From assembly GCF_006345805.1 (NCBI RefSeq), contig NW_021825561.1:1-14770 (forward strand): a stretch of DNA of 14,770 bases, given 5' to 3'. Below are positions 8,826 through 14,770 of the stretch, piece by piece. The notes beneath the pieces are model-generated. The model saw only the letters and a program-made list of their open reading frames with translations, was not told where the DNA came from and did no database searches. This DNA is from Octopus sinensis. Its lineage: Eukaryota. The position numbers and the translations under genes are program-made. The first letter of the stretch is position 1. Each line of letters opens with the position of its first letter.

Positions 8826-9213
8826 GGATGGAAGCACTCCGTCGGTTACGACGATGAGAGTTCCGATTGATCCGAATCAACGGAACAGCCTGCTCGTGAA
8901 ATTAACGTGTAAGTGGCTGAGCACTCCACAGACACGTGTACCCTAACGTAGTCTCGGGATATTCAGCGTGACACAGAGAGTGACAAGGCCGGCCCCTTGA
9001 AATACAGGTACAACAGAAACAGGAAGTAAGAGTGAGAGAAAGTTGTGGTGAAAGAGTATAGCAGGGATCACCACCATCCCCTGCCGGAGCCTCGTGGAGC
9101 TTTTTAGGTGTTTTCGCTCAATAAACACTCACAACGCCCGGTCTGGGAATCGAAACTGCGATCCTACGACCGCGAGTCCGCTGCCCTAACCACTGGGCCA
9201 TTGCGCCTCCACC
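8826..9213 (-). mobile_element. SINE family B, full length, with an 11-bp TSD
   Basis: About 95-96% identical to 5661-6045 (about 16 differences by eye). TSD TTGGGGAGAGT at 8815-8825 and 9214-9224. Confidence 0.95.
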
Positions 9214-9284
9214 TTGGGGAGAGTATCAAGACACTGAAAGGAATATAAAGGAAAAGGGAATAAAGTGCCCTGCAGAGCTGTTAC

Positions 9285-9422
9285 AAAATTGGTTTGCGCC
9301 CTTGGCACGTCCAGAATAAGCAGGAACGTGTTATATAGTTGAAAAGAACTGATAGCATGGTAGCGTAGGATGTTTGTTGCAAGTTCGCTACGGATGCAAG
9401 AGTCCAGGAGTTCCAACAAAGC
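9285..9422 (-). CDS. Candidate internal coding exon (138 nt), product unknown
   Basis: Good acceptor TTATTTTTCTTTTAACTCAG|G, open frame ALLELLDSCIRSELATNILRYHAISSFQLYNTFLLILDVPRAQTNF and higher GC than the flanks. The donor (TTT|GTAACA) is weak and no family is recognised. Confidence 0.25.
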
Positions 9423-9509
9423 CTGAGTTAAAAGAAAAATAACGAACAGAAATAAATTTTTAAAAATGCCTGCTACAGACACTTTAACAACTCCTTAGAC
9501 ACAACAAAA

Positions 9510-9543
9510 ATCAAGAAAACAGTGATTTATGAAATGAAGTTAT
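9510..9543 (+). repeat. 34-bp direct repeat, copy 1
   Basis: ATCAAGAAAACAGTGATTTATGAAATGAAGTTAT; 32/34 identical to 10242-10275. Confidence 0.9.
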
Positions 9544-9648
9544 ATTGAAATTATTAAAGAATTTATTGAAGATTTTACGTTTCTAAGTGACCGTGTTCCC
9601 ACGATGCTCTGCTCTTGTAATTCTGTGTCCATTATTAACTTCCTATAA

Positions 9649-10156
9649 TCTATATGTATAAAACTCTAGTTGTGTGAATGTCTGTCCCCTTCGATTTAGA
9701 TTCCTAACTCCTCCCACATTTTGCGGTGCAGTTTAACCAAATTCGGGTATCTTATAGTCGTGATTCATATCGAGCCCGTCTGGCTATTAGCGCGCGTCAA
9801 CGATGAGTCTACGATTTTAAAAATAATTTAACATCATTTTTTATTCCATTTTAATGCAAATTTTTCGTGTGTCGATGGCGGCGGAGTTGGCGTCCACGCT
9901 CACAGCTGCACCTGTTTGCTTCTCCCCCTTCCCTCCCTCGTGAAGCTGTGGGGAAGGGAGTGTAAAGAAATCAACGTCGTAATGCGTGTCAAGGAGACCA
10001 GCGTTCTTTTAGAACAACGACTTCATGGCTTGAAGACACCGAAACAGAAATGGCTAAGAAAGCCCGAATTGTCATCTATAAGGGAAGTAACTCTCTAAAA
10101 ATGCTTATATAGTTATTTCCCTTACAAACCCGAGCAACGCCGGGCGATACTGCTAG
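9649..10156 (+). mobile_element. Complete non-autonomous Helitron (508 bp)
   Basis: 5' A|TC start, 3' CTAG|T end, GC-rich hairpin CCCGAGCAACGCCGGG (10129-10144) 8 nt before the CTAG, AT target and no TSD. Confidence 0.88.
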
Positions 10157-10241
10157 TTCAATATATTTTAAAAAATATATTTATTGAGTGAAATCACCTG
10201 GGTTTTATATTCATAGAGTTACGTATTTGCTGTGATAATAT

Positions 10242-10275
10242 ATCAAGAAAACAGTGACTTATGAGATGAAGTTAT
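10242..10275 (+). repeat. 34-bp direct repeat, copy 2
   Basis: ATCAAGAAAACAGTGACTTATGAGATGAAGTTAT. Confidence 0.9.
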
Positions 10276-10727
10276 CTTTAAACTATCGATCTAGATCGAA
10301 CGTTTACGACAGGGTGAATCTTACTAAAAGTATTCATGGGGCCAATTTGAGATTCTAAATCGAGCGAAGCATACCTCCCACCACCATATGCGCTGCTTTT
10401 CCTCTTGAAAAAAAAAGCATTTTTCCTCACGAATTCTTACGCTTTTTCAATACAAAAAGGGTCTGATACGAAAGGATTTTTTGGTTGTTATTCTTAGCAG
10501 GTTGAGCGACCCACTAGGTGAACGCTCGCTAAGCAATTTTGCTTTCGTGATGGGATGAGAGCCAAATATCAAAATTACCAACGTGCTTCGCATGGCAAAC
10601 GAAAAACAATGATTTATAGTAGTTAAGAATTAAAAAAAGAACACAGGGAACTATTGTTTGCCTGTTCTATATTAAATACATACAAATAAAACTACATGTG
10701 GAATATCCCGTTTTGATAAGACTTCTG

Positions 10728-11580
<853 letters not shown>

Positions 11581-11971
11581 GTGTATATTTAGATTTCTAT
11601 ACATATAGCAATATTTGTGTTGTGCGGTATTTATATTTATAAATACACAAAGATATGTATGTGTGTGTGTTTGCCTGTGTCTACCCGAGTGTTTTTGTTT
11701 GTGTGTGTGTGTGTGTGTATATATTATATATCCATAGCAACACGCACACAGCAATACACGTGTGTCTAATAGCGACAACATAAACAAAACTTAGAGATTC
11801 ATACCTGCATTATTAAGAACTAACTAACTAACTACTACACGCGTAGGGTATACACATAGGAATGTACGTACATATTTGCAATTACACACACTCAAACAGG
11901 TATATACATACATACATGCATATATGTGCTGGCACGCATAACACGCACCGATATACACGTGCAGAAGAAGC

Positions 11972-12001
11972 AGAACGTAAACAAAAGTTTGTTTACGTTC
12001 T
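11972..12001. promoter_or_regulatory. 30-bp palindrome carrying two inverted forkhead-type sites
   Basis: AGAACGTAAACAAA-AG-TTTGTTTACGTTCT has 14-bp perfect arms; GTAAACA at 11977-11983 and TGTTTAC at 11990-11996. The regulatory role is inferred. Confidence 0.4.
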
Positions 12002-12114
12002 ACAAAATCGCTAAAGAAAGCCACCCTTGACACACATTTTCGTGCCTTCCAAACATTCCTCTCTTCTCCCTCCTTGCTCACGTGACTCGTTCTCACACTG
12101 CACTCTACTACGTA

Positions 12115-12262
12115 ACCCCCCACCCCCTCCCCCTCTTCCCTCCCCTCCTCTTCTTACTCTACGTTATCTTCTTCTTCTTCTTCTCTCCTACATTTCCTTC
12201 TCTTCTTTTTCTTTCTTTTTTTTTTTTCTACCTCACCTCACCTCATCTCACCTCACCTCTCC
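12115..12262. repeat. Polypyrimidine / (CTT)n / (CACCT)n low-complexity tract
   Basis: Direct reading. Confidence 0.85.
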
Positions 12263-12454
12263 TCACACCGCATCCCCCTACGGCTAACCTGTTTTCACTT
12301 CCGTTTCCCATCGTTCTTGTATTGACGTTGATTTGGTTTTTCGTTGCTGCTACTGCTGCTGTTGTTGTTGTTGTTGTTTTTGTTGTTGTTATGTGGTTTG
12401 TGTTGTTATGTTGACATCATCGCATCATTCAGTGGTAGCTTCGTCACCGTTATG

Positions 12455-12456
12455 AT

Positions 12457-12493
<37 letters not shown>

Positions 12494-12851
12494 CATCATC
12501 ACCATCATCATGTTCATTGTCATAATCATCATCATCACTACCACTCGTCGTCATCGTTGTCATCACCACCACCGCCGCACCACCACCACCACCACCACCC
12601 CACTACCACCACCATCACCACCACCACCACCACCACCGCAACCGCCGCCGCCGCCGTCATGGTCATTATTGTCCTTATCATTATCAACACCACGTTGTCC
12701 CCATCCTGTTCCTTTCGCTTCTCATCCTTCATCCTCCTCCTCCTCATTACCTCATCATCCTCATCTCATCCCTACCTTCATTATCATCATCATCACCATC
12801 ATCACCACCATCATCTCATCATCATCAATCATCATCAACCATCACCACCAC

Positions 12852-12891
<40 letters not shown>

Positions 12892-12926
12892 TTCATCATC
12901 ATCATCATCACCACCATCACCACCAA

Positions 12927-12966
<40 letters not shown>

Positions 12967-13915
12967 TTCATCATCATCATCATCACCACCATCACCACCA
13001 ACATCATCATCATTATCATCATCATCATCATCGCCGTCATCACAAGTTATCGTTATCATCGTCATCATCATCATCATCATCATGAACAACAACAACATTC
13101 TTGACAAAAAGAGGTTATCGTTATCATCGTCAGCATCATTAACGTCATCAAAATTGTCATCATCGTCCTCGTCGTCGTCATCATCACCATCATCATCAAT
13201 CATCATCATCATCATATTCATCGTCGTTATCGTCGTTATCCTCCTCCCCCTCCTCCTCCTCCTCCTCCTCATCATCATCATCAGCAGCAGCAGCAATATT
13301 ATTGACAAAAACAGGTTATCGTTATCCTCGTCAGCATCATTAACGTCATCATAATTGTCATCATCGTCGTCGTCATCAATCGTCGTATCGACTCATCCTC
13401 ATCATCATCATATTTCAATATTCAAATCGTTCGTTATGCGTCATATTCTCCTCCTCCTCCTCCTCATCATCATCATCATCATCATCATCAATATTACTGA
13501 CAAAAAGAGGTTATCGTTATCATCGTCAGCATCATTAACATCATCATAATTGTCATCATCGTCGTCGTCATCATCATCATCATCATCATATTCATCGTCG
13601 TTATCGTCGTTATCCTCCACCTCCTCCTCCTCCTCATCATCATCATCAATATTATTGACAAAAAGAGGTTATCGTTATCATCGTCAGCATCCTCCTCCTC
13701 ATCATCATTGTCATCATCGTCGACGTCGTCGTCATCGTCATCATCATCATCATCATCATATTCATCGTCGTTATCGTCGTTATCGTCGTTATCCTCATCC
13801 TCCCCCTCCTCATCATCATCATCATATTCATCATCATCATCAATATTATTGACAAAAAGAGGTTATCGTTATCATCGTCAGCCTCCTCCTCCTCCTCCTC
13901 CTCATCATCATCATC
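12455..13915. repeat. (ATC)n-dominated array; 13040-13915 is a minisatellite of ~160-200 bp units
   Basis: The anchor TGACAAAAA(G/C)AGGTTATCGTTATC(A/C)TCGTCAG occurs at 13102, 13303, 13498, 13656 and 13850, with a partial copy at 13041. Confidence 0.95.
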
Positions 13916-13992
13916 ACGCTGTATTTCGTCGTAAACACACACCTTTCAATTACAACTTTCTCATCATACATTCTCAACTTGTACCTACAACA

Positions 13993-13995
<3 letters not shown>

Positions 13996-14040
<45 letters not shown>

Positions 14041-14070
14041 ATGACAACCACAACAACAACAACAACAACA
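13996..14070. repeat. Pure (GCA)14 followed by (ACA)n
   Basis: Direct reading (GCA x14 at 13996-14037). Confidence 0.9.
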
Positions 14071-14304
14071 ATACCCAGAACAGCTACTAGTGCTCCTCCA
14101 TCTACTGTAACTACGACTACAAGCAATTATCCTTGACAACAACGCCATCATCATCATCATCCCCACCCACACACGCACACACCCACCGTCATCACCATCA
14201 TCATCATCATCATCATCGTCGTCCTCATCTGTCTTATTAGAATGGCTCCTATTCTATTAGCGCCATGTGACTTTTTACATTACCCTACACCTTGAGGCTA
14301 CACT

Positions 14305-14313
14305 TACCACACA

Positions 14314-14362
<49 letters not shown>

Positions 14363-14595
14363 CACATTCACAAACCACTTCACGACACACACAACACATC
14401 ATCACACACAAATATATATATATAAACATATGTATATATATATATACATATACATATATACACATATATATATATACATATATAAATATATATATACATA
14501 TATATATACATATATATACACACACACACATATATATATATATATAATATATACATTATACACACACACACACATATATATAATATATATGCATA
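14305..14595. repeat. (CA)n and (TA/CA)n microsatellite
   Basis: Direct reading. Confidence 0.95.
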
Positions 14596-14674
14596 TAGGT
14601 GTGCACACTCGCAGCACAATAGTTATAAGACGTTCCGCGATCTTGTATAAAGTACATTAGTTCAAACGTTATAC

Positions 14675-14770
14675 ATTGTGTCTAAACCCGGAAGAAGCAC
14701 AAGCAATGCTTGATGAAGGCAGGTGATAACTGCCAAAATGGCATCACCTAGATATTCTTGAGAGGAATTA
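14675..14770 (-). CDS. Candidate coding exon at the window edge, product unknown
   Basis: Stop-free NSSQEYLGDAILAVITCLHQALLVLLPGLDT ending at a possible donor AAT|GTATAA. It is non-repetitive and helical-looking, but no family is recognised. Confidence 0.25.

Noticed and set aside
9916-10098. ORF inside the Helitron as a captured gene
   Set aside because: It is a 60-aa ORF from a TTG start with no recognisable motif.
10309-10320. ACAGGGTG as another mariner TIR
   Set aside because: There is no preceding TA and no further similarity to the 4930-4966 TIR.
13040-13915. CRISPR-like array (repeated anchor with variable spacers)
   Set aside because: The context is eukaryotic, the spacers are simple trinucleotide repeats related to each other, and there are no cas genes.
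14686-14742. ETS (CCGGAAG) plus YY1 (CAAAATGGC) promoter signature
   Set aside because: Two short motifs only, which overlap a candidate exon; this is insufficient evidence.

Overview
This is a eukaryotic, very repeat-rich, apparently intronic or intergenic window. The SINE and LINE repertoire and the microsatellite density look like Octopus (coleoid cephalopod) DNA; that is an inference from recalled repeat families, not a database match. No complete protein-coding gene is present, and almost all listed ORFs are microsatellite read-throughs. Supported content: (i) three tRNA-derived SINE families, two of them present as crossed, convergent inverted pairs; (ii) a 5' half of a Tc1/mariner transposon with a degraded transposase; (iii) two RTE-like LINE C-terminal fragments, one split by a SINE with a 10-bp TSD; (iv) a 5'-truncated R4/Dong-like RLE retrotransposon inside (TAA)n, tail-to-tail with another LINE-like 3' end; (v) a complete 508-bp non-autonomous Helitron; (vi) large compound microsatellites, three with ~160-200 bp higher-order periods; (vii) several long palindromes, two unique islands rich in transcription-factor motifs, and two weak minus-strand exon candidates. 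I see no convincing evidence of a new biological system. The most interesting leads are the inverted SINE pairs (possible dsRNA/ADAR substrates), a TIR-bounded mini-element inside (TA)n, a 30-bp double-forkhead palindrome and the higher-order repeats.
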